A DNA stretch of 64,000 bases from Robiginitomaculum sp. (GCA_021776595.1 JAJFFP010000077.1:12218-76217); one strand, 5' to 3'; positions 9,319 to 18,222 are shown, counted from the first letter of the stretch. The notes: a model not told the origin generated them from the sequence alone. Made by a program: numbers and translations.

Positions 9319-10370
9319 TGCCGCCCGACCGCGTCGGTCACGCTGGTAAATCCGTTGGCATGAAGAATTTGCGCCAATTCACGCTTGATTTTTGAAATGA
9401 GTGACGGGCCTTGCAGGGCAAGAGCGGTGTAAAGCTGCACGGCGCTGGCACCGGCCCTGATCTTGCCATAGGCATCCTTACCGGACGTGATGCCTCCAAC
9501 CCCGACAAGTAGTATTTTGCCCTCTGTGGCCTGGTGAAACTGTTGCAAAAGGGCGGTAGACCGGGTAAAGAGCGGCTTACCGGAAAGACCGCCGGTTTCA
9601 TGCCTGTGGCGGCTTTTCAGATCGTCCGGACGGGCAATGCTGGTATTACTGATAATCAGGCCATCAAGTCCATAATGGCAGGCGGCATTGCCGATCTCGT
9701 CAATCTGGGTCTCGGTAATATCTGGCGAGATTTTTAGAAAAAAAGGCGGCGAAGCCAGCTTCCCGGTCAGGCGTAGGCGGGCTTCCATCAGGCGTCCCAG
9801 CAATTCTTGCAAAGCATCCCGGCCTTGCAGCTCGCGAAGACCGGGTGTGTTGGGCGAAGAAATGTTGATGGTGAACCAGTCCGGTAAGCACCACAAAGCC
9901 TCAAGTCCCAAAATATAATCTCCAATACGGTCCTTTGAATCTTTGTTGGCACCAATATTGGCCCCCAACATTCCGCCCGTTAGCTTCTGCCTTGCAAAAT
10001 TGCGCTTAAATTGGGCAAGGCCGGCATTGTTAAAGCCCATGCGGTTAATTACAGCTTCGTCTTCGACAAGACGAAAAAGCCGGGGACGGGCATTTCCCAC
10101 CTGTGGCAATGGCGTAACCGTGCCGCATTCCACCCAGCCAAACCCTGCGCGGATCATGGCGCCTCCGGCTTCGGCGTTTTTATCAAAACCGGCGGCAAGA
10201 CCGATTGGGTTGGGTAGCGATAAAGCCCCGATGGTGGTGCGCAGCACCTGGTCATCTGCGCCGGTGTGAACCGGGCCAAGGCCGTATTTTAAGGCGCGAA
10301 TGGTGAGTTTGTGGGCGGCTTCGGCAGGCATATGCCGTAATGCCCGACCAGCAAGATCAAAAACACTCAT
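9315..10370 (-). CDS. pyrD: dihydroorotate dehydrogenase (quinone), class 2
   Basis: Start chosen at ATG 10370 (MSVFDLAGRALRHMPAEAAHKLTI). GLAAGFDKNAE, GFNN, NISSPNTPGLR and GGLSG motifs are present. The longer ORF to 10496 overlaps the upstream gene. Confidence 0.9.
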   Translation of the reverse strand: MSVFDLAGRALRHMPAEAAHKLTIRALKYGLGPVHTGADDQVLRTTIGALSLPNPIGLAAGFDKNAEAGGAMIRAGFGWVECGTVTPLPQVGNARPRLFRLVEDEAVINRMGFNNAGLAQFKRNFARQKLTGGMLGANIGANKDSKDRIGDYILGLEALWCLPDWFTINISSPNTPGLRELQGRDALQELLGRLMEARLRLTGKLASPPFFLKISPDITETQIDEIGNAACHYGLDGLIISNTSIARPDDLKSRHRHETGGLSGKPLFTRSTALLQQFHQATEGKILLVGVGGITSGKDAYGKIRAGASAVQLYTALALQGPSLISKIKRELAQILHANGFTSVTDAVGRH

Positions 10371-10711
10371 GCAATGGGCTTCCTGAAGCTGTGGCCGTCT
10401 GGAGTGCGCTCCAGCAAAACCGCATCGATGACCAGAGAGGTGTCCAATGGGCCATAAAGGTGCGGAAACAGGATGCCCCTGCGCGATGGTTCCCACCTTA
10501 GTGCATTGCCAAAATGATCCGCCTGCGCGCTTATCAACATCAGGCTCTGCACATCAGCATAATAACGCCCTGCGGTTTCGCGCACGGTTTTGGCGGTGGA
10601 GAAATGAATATACCCGTCCCGGCGATCATCCGCAGTGCCATAAAACACGCCCGCTTTTTTGGCGGCGCTCCAGCCTTGCTGGCTCATCAGGCGGTAAATC
10701 ACTTTAGTCAT
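10367..10711 (-). CDS. DUF952 domain protein
   Basis: MTKVIYRLMSQQGW...DGYIHFSTAKTVRETAGRYY...WEPSRRGILFPHLYGPL. The stop overlaps the pyrD ATG (ATGA). Confidence 0.75.
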   Translation of the reverse strand: MTKVIYRLMSQQGWSAAKKAGVFYGTADDRRDGYIHFSTAKTVRETAGRYYADVQSLMLISAQADHFGNALRWEPSRRGILFPHLYGPLDTSLVIDAVLLERTPDGHSFRKPIA

Positions 10712-10753
10712 GATGCGCCAAATAACCCCTGCCGCCGGTTCTGCCAAGCCGTT

Positions 10754-10779
10754 TTACACAACCTTACATAGGTTTACAT
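10754..10779. promoter_or_regulatory. three direct TTACAY hexamers at exactly 10-bp spacing in a divergent promoter region
   Basis: TTACAC 10754-10759, TTACAT 10764-10769, TTACAT 10774-10779. They lie between the DUF952-pyrD operon and the S24/HTH regulator gene. Confidence 0.4.
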
Positions 10780-10825
10780 TCCTATTTTGCGGTGTATATT
10801 CTTCTGATTCTAATACGGTTTTGGT

Positions 10826-11458
10826 ATGATGCTAACCCATAAACAAATCTGGCGCGGCCTTGATGTGCTGGCCAAGCGCATGGGGCTCAGCCCCTCTGGT
10901 CTGGCGAGAAAGGCCGGGCTTGACGCCACCGCCTTTAACCCTTCCAAGCGCTTTGCGGCCAATGGCGCCCGCCTTCGCTGGCCTTCAACCGAAAGTATTG
11001 CCAAGGTTTTGGCGGCGGTCGGGGTCAGCTTTGAAGACTTTGCCGCTATGGCCGCCGGTGGCCAGCGCGCCGGAAGGCCGGTGCCGCTTATTGGTCTGGC
11101 GCAGGCCGGCTCTGGCGGTTTTTTTGATGATGCGGGCTATCCCATTGGTTCGGGTTGGGACGAAGTGCGTTTTCCGGGCTTTGATGGCAGTCGCGCCTAT
11201 GCGCTGGAAATCTCCGGTGATTCCATGCAGCCGGTTTTTCGCGATGGGGACCGGATCGTCGTTGCCCCGGATGAGACGGTGCGCCGTGGGGATCGGGTGG
11301 TCGTGCGCACCCATGACGGTGAGGTCATGGCCAAGGAGCTGCGTCGGATGACCGAAAGCCGGATAGAATTGGCCTCCTTAAATGCCGAATATCCGGACCG
11401 GGTGCTGGATCGCCGTCAGGTGGACTGGATCGCCCGCATTGTCTGGGCCAGTCAATAA
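10826..11458 (+). CDS. HTH transcriptional regulator with a C-terminal S24 (LexA/CI-like) self-cleaving peptidase domain
   Basis: N-terminal HTH-like LAKRMGLSPSGLARKAGLDATAFN. C-terminal GDSMQPVFRDGDRIVV...GEVMAKEL carries the Ser/Lys dyad context of S24. It does not look like canonical LexA. Confidence 0.8.
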   Translation: MMLTHKQIWRGLDVLAKRMGLSPSGLARKAGLDATAFNPSKRFAANGARLRWPSTESIAKVLAAVGVSFEDFAAMAAGGQRAGRPVPLIGLAQAGSGGFFDDAGYPIGSGWDEVRFPGFDGSRAYALEISGDSMQPVFRDGDRIVVAPDETVRRGDRVVVRTHDGEVMAKELRRMTESRIELASLNAEYPDRVLDRRQVDWIARIVWASQ

Positions 11459-11475
11459 CCGCTCCAGATCACGCC

Positions 11476-12660
11476 CTATTGGCCCAAATGCGCCGGTAGT
11501 TTTTGCAAGGTATTCAGGCAATTTTCCAATTGACTGATCAGCACAAACTCATCGGGTTTATGCGCCTGTTCGATTGAGCCTGGCCCACAGACCACGGCGG
11601 GAAACCCCGCGCGTTGAAACTGTCCAGCTTCCGTGGTGTAGGAAACCACCCGGCTCTGATTGTCGCCGGTCAGCAGACGGGCAATATGCTCGGCCGGGCT
11701 TTGTGGCACGGCTTCAAGGGGCGGTGCGCTGGTTTTTCGTTCAAACACAATATGGGCCTTTGGGGCGCTTTGGCGCATGGCGGCCTCAACTTTTGCCACC
11801 TTTTGCCTGAACCGCGCCTCAATGGCGTCACCGTCATCATCAGGCAATAGTCGTAAATCCCAATGAAAAACACACTCTTTGGCAATGATGTTGACCGCCG
11901 TGCCGCCATGCACCAGCCCAATGGTCAAGGTGCCATAGGGCGGATCAAAAGGGTTGTGTGGATCGGCGTTTTTACGCAAATCATCGGCAATATGGTTAAG
12001 CTCTTCCATGAGAATTGCGGCCGCCATAACCGCAGACGCCCCGTGATGGGGAAGGCTGGAATGGGCCTCTTTGCCAATCACGGCTACCGTATAGGAGTTT
12101 TGCCCCTTGTGGGCGCTAACCACGCGCATATTGGTCGGCTCGCCAACCAGAACCGCTGCCGGTTCCGGCAGGTCGGCGCGAATAGCCTTGATCAGGGAAG
12201 GCGCACCAAGACAGCCAACTTCTTCATCATAGGAAAATGCAAAATGCACAGGTCTGGCCAGATTGGTCTTGGCAAAATCCGGCGCTGCCGCCAGTGCACA
12301 GGCGATAAAGCCCTTCATATCACAGGTGCCGCGCCCATACAGGCGGTCTTTTTCCTCCCGCAGGGAAAAAGGATCACTTGACCAGTCCTGACCATCAACC
12401 GGCACCACATCAGTATGCCCGGATAGCACCAGCCCTCCTGGCTCCATCGGGCCAAGGGTCGCATAAAAATTGGCTTTCTTGCCATCGGCGCTGTTAACGC
12501 GCGCGCATGTTGCCCCCAGGTCTTGCAGATAGTTTTCCACCCACTCAATCAGGGCCAGATTGGAATGGCGCGACACCGTATCAAAGCCAACCAGTGTGTG
12601 TAGAATTTCGCTTACCATGCCAGTAGCCAGACCAGTAACCGGGCCAGTATCTGCGCTCAT
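11476..12660 (-). CDS. argE: acetylornithine deacetylase (M20 family, ArgE-like)
   Basis: Start chosen at ATG 12660 (MSADTG...), which overlaps the stop of the upstream FKBP gene (TGATG). GHTDVVP, GRGTCDMKG and EEVGCLG motifs are present. Confidence 0.8.
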   Translation of the reverse strand: MSADTGPVTGLATGMVSEILHTLVGFDTVSRHSNLALIEWVENYLQDLGATCARVNSADGKKANFYATLGPMEPGGLVLSGHTDVVPVDGQDWSSDPFSLREEKDRLYGRGTCDMKGFIACALAAAPDFAKTNLARPVHFAFSYDEEVGCLGAPSLIKAIRADLPEPAAVLVGEPTNMRVVSAHKGQNSYTVAVIGKEAHSSLPHHGASAVMAAAILMEELNHIADDLRKNADPHNPFDPPYGTLTIGLVHGGTAVNIIAKECVFHWDLRLLPDDDGDAIEARFRQKVAKVEAAMRQSAPKAHIVFERKTSAPPLEAVPQSPAEHIARLLTGDNQSRVVSYTTEAGQFQRAGFPAVVCGPGSIEQAHKPDEFVLISQLENCLNTLQKLPAHLGQ

Positions 12661-13265
12661 CAACCTTCCCTGGAACAATCTAGTGTTGGATCAGCGCCAT
12701 AGGTGCGGCGGTATTCATCAACATTCAAATCCATCAATTTGATCAGGTTAATCTTGAAAACCAGGGTTTCATTGGGGCCGATTGGGCCACCCATTGTGCC
12801 ATTGGCACCATAGGCCAGTTCCGGTTTGATATAAAGCATCCACTCATCACCGGGACGCATCATGCCCAGCGCCTCGACCCAGCCCTTGATCAAACGGTTG
12901 GAGGGGAACACCGCTGGCACCCCTCTGGAGTAAGAGCTGTCAAACTCCTTGCCATCTATGGATGTGCCCTGATAATTCACACAGACAAATTGACCCGGAA
13001 AGGGATGCTTGCCTTCTTTGGGGCCGGATTCGAGCACTTTATACTGCAGTCCGGAATCGGTGATCTTTATGCCGGTGGTCGCTTTGTTTTCGTCCAAAAA
13101 CGCATTGCCAAGGATCTGGTTTTTCCGGGCCGGGTCCATATCACCGCTAATTTCCGGCAGATCTTTGGCCGCCTGTTCAGGCGCTTGTGTTTCTTCTTTT
13201 GGTGCCGGATTACAGGCTGCCAGAAGTAAAAGCGTGCCGATGCCGGCAAGTGCGGATAATTTCAT
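12660..13265 (-). CDS. FKBP-type peptidyl-prolyl cis-trans isomerase, lipoprotein
   Basis: Start at ATG 13265 (MKLSALAGIGTLLLLAAC, lipobox LAAC), preceded by GGGAGAG. FKBP core FDSSYSRGVPAVFPSNRLIKGWVEAL...ELAYG. Confidence 0.85.
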   Translation of the reverse strand: MKLSALAGIGTLLLLAACNPAPKEETQAPEQAAKDLPEISGDMDPARKNQILGNAFLDENKATTGIKITDSGLQYKVLESGPKEGKHPFPGQFVCVNYQGTSIDGKEFDSSYSRGVPAVFPSNRLIKGWVEALGMMRPGDEWMLYIKPELAYGANGTMGGPIGPNETLVFKINLIKLMDLNVDEYRRTYGADPTLDCSREG

Positions 13266-13456
13266 AATACTCTCCCGTTTGGGTTTTGGCATTTGGGTTT
13301 TGGATTAATTACGGTGTGATGTAAACGGGCATGCACGATTTGGCGAGTAAAATTGTGTAAAGGTCATGCCTTGTTGCCGCGCGGCATGGCACCGGACTTG
13401 CCAGCGGCCAGCACCCGGTTTATGCGATTGGCTGGAACGATATACAGGAATTATTG

Positions 13457-14185
13457 ATGACGGCACTGGCGCTTATTCGGCACGGACAAAGCCAATGGAA
13501 TCTGGAAAACCGCTTTACCGGCTGGGTTGATGTGGACCTGACCCCGCGCGGCGAGGACGAGGCCCGAAAAGCCGGGCAATTGCTGACCAGGGCAGAGCAT
13601 GACTTTGATTGCGCGTTTACCTCGATGCAGACCCGCGCCATTCGCACCTTATGGCTGGCTATGCGTGAAATGGACGAAGTTTGGTTGCCCGTGAGCAAGG
13701 ATTATCGACTTAATGAACGCCATTATGGCGCACTTAGCGGGTTGTACAAGGCAGAGACCGCCAAAAAATATGGTGCGGAACAGGTGCATATATGGCGGCG
13801 CTCTTATGATGTTCCGCCGCCGCCCATGGACTGGGATAACCCGTTAAACCCCTGCCGGGACCGGCGTTACGCCAATATACCACGCAAATCATTGCCAGCG
13901 GCAGAATCGCTTAAATCCACGCTGGAACGGGCGCTTCCTTATTGGCAATCCAGCATAGAGCCAGGGGTGTTGGCGGGGCAAAATACACTGATTTCTGCGC
14001 ACGGTAATTCGCTGCGTGCACTGGTCAAACACCTTTTCAATGTCTCGGATGCAGATATTGTTAAGGTGGAAATACCAACCGGCAACCCGCTAATGATTAA
14101 ATTTGTGCCAGGCAGTCTGACGATCAAAAGCGCCCATTATCTGGATGAAAACCGCGCCAGCGCCCTGCCAACGATCGCGCAATAA
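13457..14185 (+). CDS. gpmA: 2,3-bisphosphoglycerate-dependent phosphoglycerate mutase
   Basis: ATG 13457 follows AGGAA. LIRHGQSQWNLENRFTGWVDVDLT, ERHYGAL and SAHGNSLRAL motifs are present. Confidence 0.9.
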   Translation: MTALALIRHGQSQWNLENRFTGWVDVDLTPRGEDEARKAGQLLTRAEHDFDCAFTSMQTRAIRTLWLAMREMDEVWLPVSKDYRLNERHYGALSGLYKAETAKKYGAEQVHIWRRSYDVPPPPMDWDNPLNPCRDRRYANIPRKSLPAAESLKSTLERALPYWQSSIEPGVLAGQNTLISAHGNSLRALVKHLFNVSDADIVKVEIPTGNPLMIKFVPGSLTIKSAHYLDENRASALPTIAQ

Positions 14186-14333
14186 CCCCCATAACCGTCC
14201 CTACAGCACAAAAATGTGTAGATGATCTTAAAAAACATCCGCTTTATCGGCTAATTTATGAGCATAAAGTGGTGGCATTAGAACTCTTTTAATCTTCAAA
14301 GCGCACCATTTAGTCCAATAGGGATTAAATGGC

Positions 14334-14762
14334 ATGTTCGACGAAGACGATTTTGAACTTCCTGATGATTTAGCCGCTATGGCCGATGCGGCAGGCGCGG
14401 CGCTGGCCGGAATGGGCGAGGAATTCGCTGCCGGCGCGCAAATTGACGCCAAAACCTTGCAGGAGCATCTGATAAAAGCCTCAAATGCAGCCAGTGATGA
14501 AGATTTTCAACGATCAGTATCTTTGGCGTTTGGTATTGCTCACGACTTGAAAGGTCAGGGCAGCACTTTTGGTTATGAACTGGTGACACAAATTGCCGGT
14601 CAATTATGCACCCTGACCCGCCCCCAGAATAATCCTTCATTGGAAAAAATGCCAGCCATGTCGGCCTGCGCCCAGGCACTTTATGATGTGCTTGCCGGAC
14701 GCATTGAAGGTGATGGCGATGCTATTGGTGCGCAAATGCGTGCCGATCTCGGAATCAGCTAA
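14334..14762 (+). CDS. single-domain histidine phosphotransfer (Hpt) protein
   Basis: 142 aa. The Hpt signature H-x-x-KG occurs in AFGIAHDLKGQGSTFGY. The N-terminus is acidic. Confidence 0.65.
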   Translation: MFDEDDFELPDDLAAMADAAGAALAGMGEEFAAGAQIDAKTLQEHLIKASNAASDEDFQRSVSLAFGIAHDLKGQGSTFGYELVTQIAGQLCTLTRPQNNPSLEKMPAMSACAQALYDVLAGRIEGDGDAIGAQMRADLGIS

Positions 14763-14795
14763 CTCCCCTGTTAACCAATTAGCTGACCCCGGAAA

Positions 14796-14830
14796 CTAAA
14801 AAGGCGGTGCTTTTGGCACCGCCTTTTCTT
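14796..14830. terminator. bidirectional rho-independent terminator between convergent Hpt and hsp20 genes
   Basis: AAAAA-GGCGGTGC-TTTTG-GCACCGCC-TTTTCTT. Perfect 8-bp GC-rich stem (14803-14810 / 14816-14823) flanked by an A-run and a T-run. Confidence 0.8.
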
Positions 14831-14849
14831 AATCTTCAGACCAAACGGC

Positions 14850-15323
14850 TTAGTTGGGTTTTTTACCGGTGACCAGCTTGCGTTTGGGGCGCATGGCCTG
14901 ATCGATCTTGATCGTGCGTGGTTTCATCGCTTCGGGCAGCTCTCGCTTCAGATCAATGCGCAACAGACCATTTTCCAGCGCCGCGCCTTGCACGATAACA
15001 TAGTCGGCAAGCTGAAAACGGCGTTCAAAAGCACGTTCGGCAATACCGCGATGCAGGTATTGGCGCTCATTATCGTCTTCGGTGGTAACTTTGCTGCCAC
15101 TGATAATCAGCACACCCTCACGCACTTCAATGCCAAGGTCTTCTTCGCCAAACCCGGCCACGGCCAGTTCAATACGATAGGCATCATCGTCAATCTGTTC
15201 GATATTATAAGGCGGGTAGCCCTGAGACGCTGGATCGATCTTGGCGGCTTCGTCAATCATGTTTGCAACCCTGTCAAAACCAACCAGAGTGCGATAAATT
15301 GGTGTAAAATCAAAACTTTGCAT
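14850..15323 (-). CDS. Hsp20/alpha-crystallin family small heat-shock protein (IbpA-like)
   Basis: MQSFDFTPIYRTLVGFDRV...PPYNIEQIDDDAYRIELAVAGFGEEDL...LLRIDL. Typical IbpA/HspA architecture, 157 aa. Confidence 0.9.
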   Translation of the reverse strand: MQSFDFTPIYRTLVGFDRVANMIDEAAKIDPASQGYPPYNIEQIDDDAYRIELAVAGFGEEDLGIEVREGVLIISGSKVTTEDDNERQYLHRGIAERAFERRFQLADYVIVQGAALENGLLRIDLKRELPEAMKPRTIKIDQAMRPKRKLVTGKKPN

Positions 15324-15450
15324 GTCCTTCTCTCCTTTTCAAGCAACATGTCGGCCCGGCGTTTTGCGACCCGGACCCATCGTTAAAAGCGCAGTTCCTG
15401 TCGGCAACCGCACCATCAGGACCCCCAAAGCAGTGCTTCTGGCTGTCCTG
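15324..15450 (-). promoter_or_regulatory. structured 5' leader of hsp20; candidate ROSE-like RNA thermometer
   Basis: Minus-strand leader of about 125 nt. Long hairpin CAGGACAGCCAGAAGCA-C-TGCTTTGGGGGTCCTG (15417-15450). Further hairpins follow. UUGCUU lies directly 5' of GAAAAGGAGAGAAGGAC-AUG, an anti-SD-like UUGCU facing the SD. Confidence 0.4.
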
Positions 15451-15455
15451 AATTT

Positions 15456-15484
15456 AATTTGGGTATTCTGACAAGATTTTCAAG
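15456..15484 (-). promoter_or_regulatory. sigma32 (RpoH)-type heat-shock promoter candidate
   Basis: Minus strand reads CTTGAAA-14 nt-CCCAAATT, against consensus CTTGAAA-N13-15-CCCCATNT. It is positioned about 130 nt upstream of the hsp20 ATG. Confidence 0.5.
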
Positions 15485-15546
15485 AAGGCTTGCAACGCCC
15501 CTCCTGGCACGGCTATGACTGCCCGGTCAGAATTTGGAGAAGATGA

Positions 15547-16479
15547 ATGCCCCTGCATATGGTTACGGCCCTGGCCCTGTTGGCAATAGTTTTAACAGGT
15601 CTGGCTGGTTGCAAAGATCAGGCACCCGTACCAGAAGCCAGTGTGCCCATGCCGCCAATGCCGCCAGAACAGGCGGGGCCATCAGTCGGCTCATTACCCT
15701 GGGCCGTTAATGGTCCATGGCGGTCTGCAAAAGACATGGCGCGCAACCCATGGCGGCACCCGGTAAAAACTCTTGAATTTTGTGGCCTGGCACCCGGACA
15801 GAATGTTATGGAGGTGTGGCCGGGGGGCGGTTGGTACACGCAAGTATTGGCCCCTTGGCTAAAAGAAAACGGCGGTCATTACACGGCAGCGCTCATGGAC
15901 CCAAAAGGTTCTGCGCAGGCTGAGAAACTAAACGTATCTTTTTTGCGCGCCTTTGATGATGAAGGTGTTTTTGGAGACATCAACACCACAATTCTTGGGG
16001 AAACGCCTGCGGCGCTGGCACCGGAAAACAGCCTTGATCTGGTCTTGACCTTTCGTAATGTTCACTCCTGGCTGGCGCGCGGTATGGCGGCAAAGGCCTT
16101 TGCCGATTTTTATGCAGCCTTAAAGCCGGGCGGGCTATTATGTGTGGTCGAACACCGGCTTCCCGATGCCGCACAACAAGACCCTCTGGCAGGCACCGGT
16201 TATGTGCAACGCGCTTTGGTAAAATCACTGGCCGCAGATGCAGGCTTTGTATTTGATGCCCAAAGCGATATAAATACCAATCTAAAAGACAACACTGACC
16301 ATCCTTTTGGCGTATGGACCCTGCCCCCGGCTGCGCGCAACTCCAACGTTGGGGCGCCGCCGGACCCGGGCTTTGACCGCGCCGCTTATGATGCCATTGG
16401 CGAAAGCAACCGGATGACCCTGCGGTTTCGCAAGCCGGATATTATGGATACTAAAGAGGAAATATCCGATGAAACTTGA
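15547..16479 (+). CDS. class I SAM-dependent methyltransferase with lipoprotein signal (COG4798-like)
   Basis: Lipobox LTGLAGC. RNPWRHPVKTLEFCGLAPGQNVMEVWPGGGWYTQVLAP and LKPGGLLCVVEH motifs are present. Confidence 0.7.
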   Translation: MPLHMVTALALLAIVLTGLAGCKDQAPVPEASVPMPPMPPEQAGPSVGSLPWAVNGPWRSAKDMARNPWRHPVKTLEFCGLAPGQNVMEVWPGGGWYTQVLAPWLKENGGHYTAALMDPKGSAQAEKLNVSFLRAFDDEGVFGDINTTILGETPAALAPENSLDLVLTFRNVHSWLARGMAAKAFADFYAALKPGGLLCVVEHRLPDAAQQDPLAGTGYVQRALVKSLAADAGFVFDAQSDINTNLKDNTDHPFGVWTLPPAARNSNVGAPPDPGFDRAAYDAIGESNRMTLRFRKPDIMDTKEEISDET

Positions 16480-17407
16480 TCCCGCTCCTCTGATTGCACT
16501 TGAGGAAGACCCCGCCCCTAAAGATATGGAGGTGTTCTGGTTTAAGGGAAAAGCCGGTGTGCGCCTGCGGGCCGCATTTGCACCGGCGCAAGGGGGTGTG
16601 CGTGGCTCGGTTCTGTTTTCACCCGGAAGATCAGAATATCTTGAAAAGTTTCTGGAACTGGGTCGGGACCTGACGACGCGCGGCTACCATTTTGTGGTGA
16701 TTGACCATCGTGGTCAGGGTCTGTCGGGTCGTTTGTTAACAGACCCCCTAAAGGGGCATGTGCAGAGCTTTGGCGATTATACAGATGATCTTGAGACGCT
16801 TTATGGCCTGCTGGCAGAACGCCTTGGCGGTCCTTTGGTGCTGGCGGCCCATTCCATGGGCGGGTTGATCGCTGCCGATCTGGCAAGGCGAGGTGTAATG
16901 GACGTTAAAGGCATGGCACTAAGCGCGCCCATGTTTGGCTTCAAAGAGGCTGGCGTTGCCATGAAGGCCTTGATCAATATGGCCAACCTGCTTGGCCTTG
17001 GCGCGAAAAGTCCACCTGGTGTTGATGGCGGCGGCGCGCAAAGTGAAAATGCGACAAAAACCCTGACCTCTGACCCGGTGCGCTTTGCCCGCGACCAGAA
17101 ACGAAATGCGATGAACAGCGATATTCATCTGGGGCCGCCCACCTTTCGCTGGTTAAAAGAAGCCCTGAAAATGCAGCATAACATGTTCTTGCCCGGTGGC
17201 TTTGATGCCATTTCAATACCGGTTTATTTAGCAAGTGCGGGCAATGAAGCTCTGGTCAGCAATGAGGCAATCCGGGCGGCACACAAGCAAATGCCCGATG
17301 CGGTTTATGAAAACATACCCGGTGCCCTGCATGAACTGATTGAAGAGCAAGACCGGTTTCGCAATCGTTTTATGGATGGTTTTTATGGGCTGCTCGAACG
17401 GATATGA
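16469..17407 (+). CDS. alpha/beta hydrolase (lysophospholipase L2-like)
   Basis: GRSEYLEKF, DHRGQGLSGR and nucleophile elbow AHSMGG are present. HELIEE lies near the C-terminus. Confidence 0.75.
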   Translation: MKLDPAPLIALEEDPAPKDMEVFWFKGKAGVRLRAAFAPAQGGVRGSVLFSPGRSEYLEKFLELGRDLTTRGYHFVVIDHRGQGLSGRLLTDPLKGHVQSFGDYTDDLETLYGLLAERLGGPLVLAAHSMGGLIAADLARRGVMDVKGMALSAPMFGFKEAGVAMKALINMANLLGLGAKSPPGVDGGGAQSENATKTLTSDPVRFARDQKRNAMNSDIHLGPPTFRWLKEALKMQHNMFLPGGFDAISIPVYLASAGNEALVSNEAIRAAHKQMPDAVYENIPGALHELIEEQDRFRNRFMDGFYGLLERI

Positions 17408-17441
17408 CAGGCAACACAAATAGAAAATTGCGAGAACTTCC

Positions 17442-17651
17442 ATGTTAATGCTGATAAACATTATTATCGCCATATCGGTTTTGGCCGTTGTGCTGGTGTT
17501 GATTTATGGTGTGGTAACCATGGCCAAAGGCGGTGAGGGGGCCAAGGAAAAAAGCAACATCCTCATGCGCTGGCGCGTAGGGATTCAGGCTTTTGCCATA
17601 TTGAGCATATTGGCAGGGTATTATTTCAAAACCAAAATGCGGGGCGGCTGA
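17442..17651 (+). CDS. twin transmembrane helix small protein (HIG1-domain family)
   Basis: 69 aa with two TM helices separated by GGEGAKEKSNILMRWRVGIQ, typical of the alphaproteobacterial HIG1-like family. Confidence 0.7.
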   Translation: MLMLINIIIAISVLAVVLVLIYGVVTMAKGGEGAKEKSNILMRWRVGIQAFAILSILAGYYFKTKMRGG

Positions 17652-17655
17652 GCCC

Positions 17656-18222
17656 TTGGTCAAACTTAATAAAATCTATACACGCACCGGCGATGACGGG
17701 CAAACCGGTCTGGTCGGCGGCGGCAGGGTCAGTAAGGCGGACCTGCGCGTGGCGGCCTATGGCGATGTGGATGAAACCAATAGCACCATAGGGCTGGCCA
17801 TTTGTGCCATTAAAGATACTGGCCTGAAGGCCGTATTGCAAAAAATACAAAACGACCTTTTTGATCTGGGCGCTGATTTGGCCAATCCGGGGCCGGACAG
17901 GAAGAATACACCGGCGCTGCGCACTACGGCGACACAGCCTGTCTGGCTGGAAGCGCAGATTGACCTCTTTAACGCTGATCTTTCCCCCTTGCGTAGTTTT
18001 GTTTTACCAGGTGGTGAGGAGGCCAGTGCAAGGTTACACTTGGCGCGGACCGTTTGCCGCCGCGCAGAGCGCCATTTGGTTGCCTTGGCGCAAGACCAAA
18101 ACATCAATCACAACACGATCGTTTATTTGAATCGGCTATCGGACTTTTTGTTTGTGGCGTCCCGCTGGTGTAATGATAAAGGCGGTAAAGACGTGCTCTG
18201 GGTGCCAGGTGCTAATGGCTGA
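17656..18222 (+). CDS. ATP:cob(I)alamin adenosyltransferase, PduO type
   Basis: TTG start at 17656. KIYTRTGDDGQTGL..., DLFDLGADLA, LPGG and ARTVCRRAER motifs are present. Confidence 0.85.
   Translation: MVKLNKIYTRTGDDGQTGLVGGGRVSKADLRVAAYGDVDETNSTIGLAICAIKDTGLKAVLQKIQNDLFDLGADLANPGPDRKNTPALRTTATQPVWLEAQIDLFNADLSPLRSFVLPGGEEASARLHLARTVCRRAERHLVALAQDQNINHNTIVYLNRLSDFLFVASRWCNDKGGKDVLWVPGANG

Noticed and set aside
10371-10496. Longer pyrD ORF (393 aa) starting at 10496
   Set aside because: The extra 42 codons overlap the 3' part of the DUF952 gene in another frame. The ATG at 10370 gives a canonical PyrD N-terminus and an ATGA coupling with the DUF952 stop.
10860-11351. 163-aa alternative-frame ORF within the S24 regulator gene, and similar nested ORFs (e.g. 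2701-3108, 2706-3173, 18348-18839, 25708-26160)
   Set aside because: All of them lie inside strongly supported genes in other frames or strands. Their Arg/Pro/Ala-rich translations are typical of off-frame reading in moderately GC-rich DNA.
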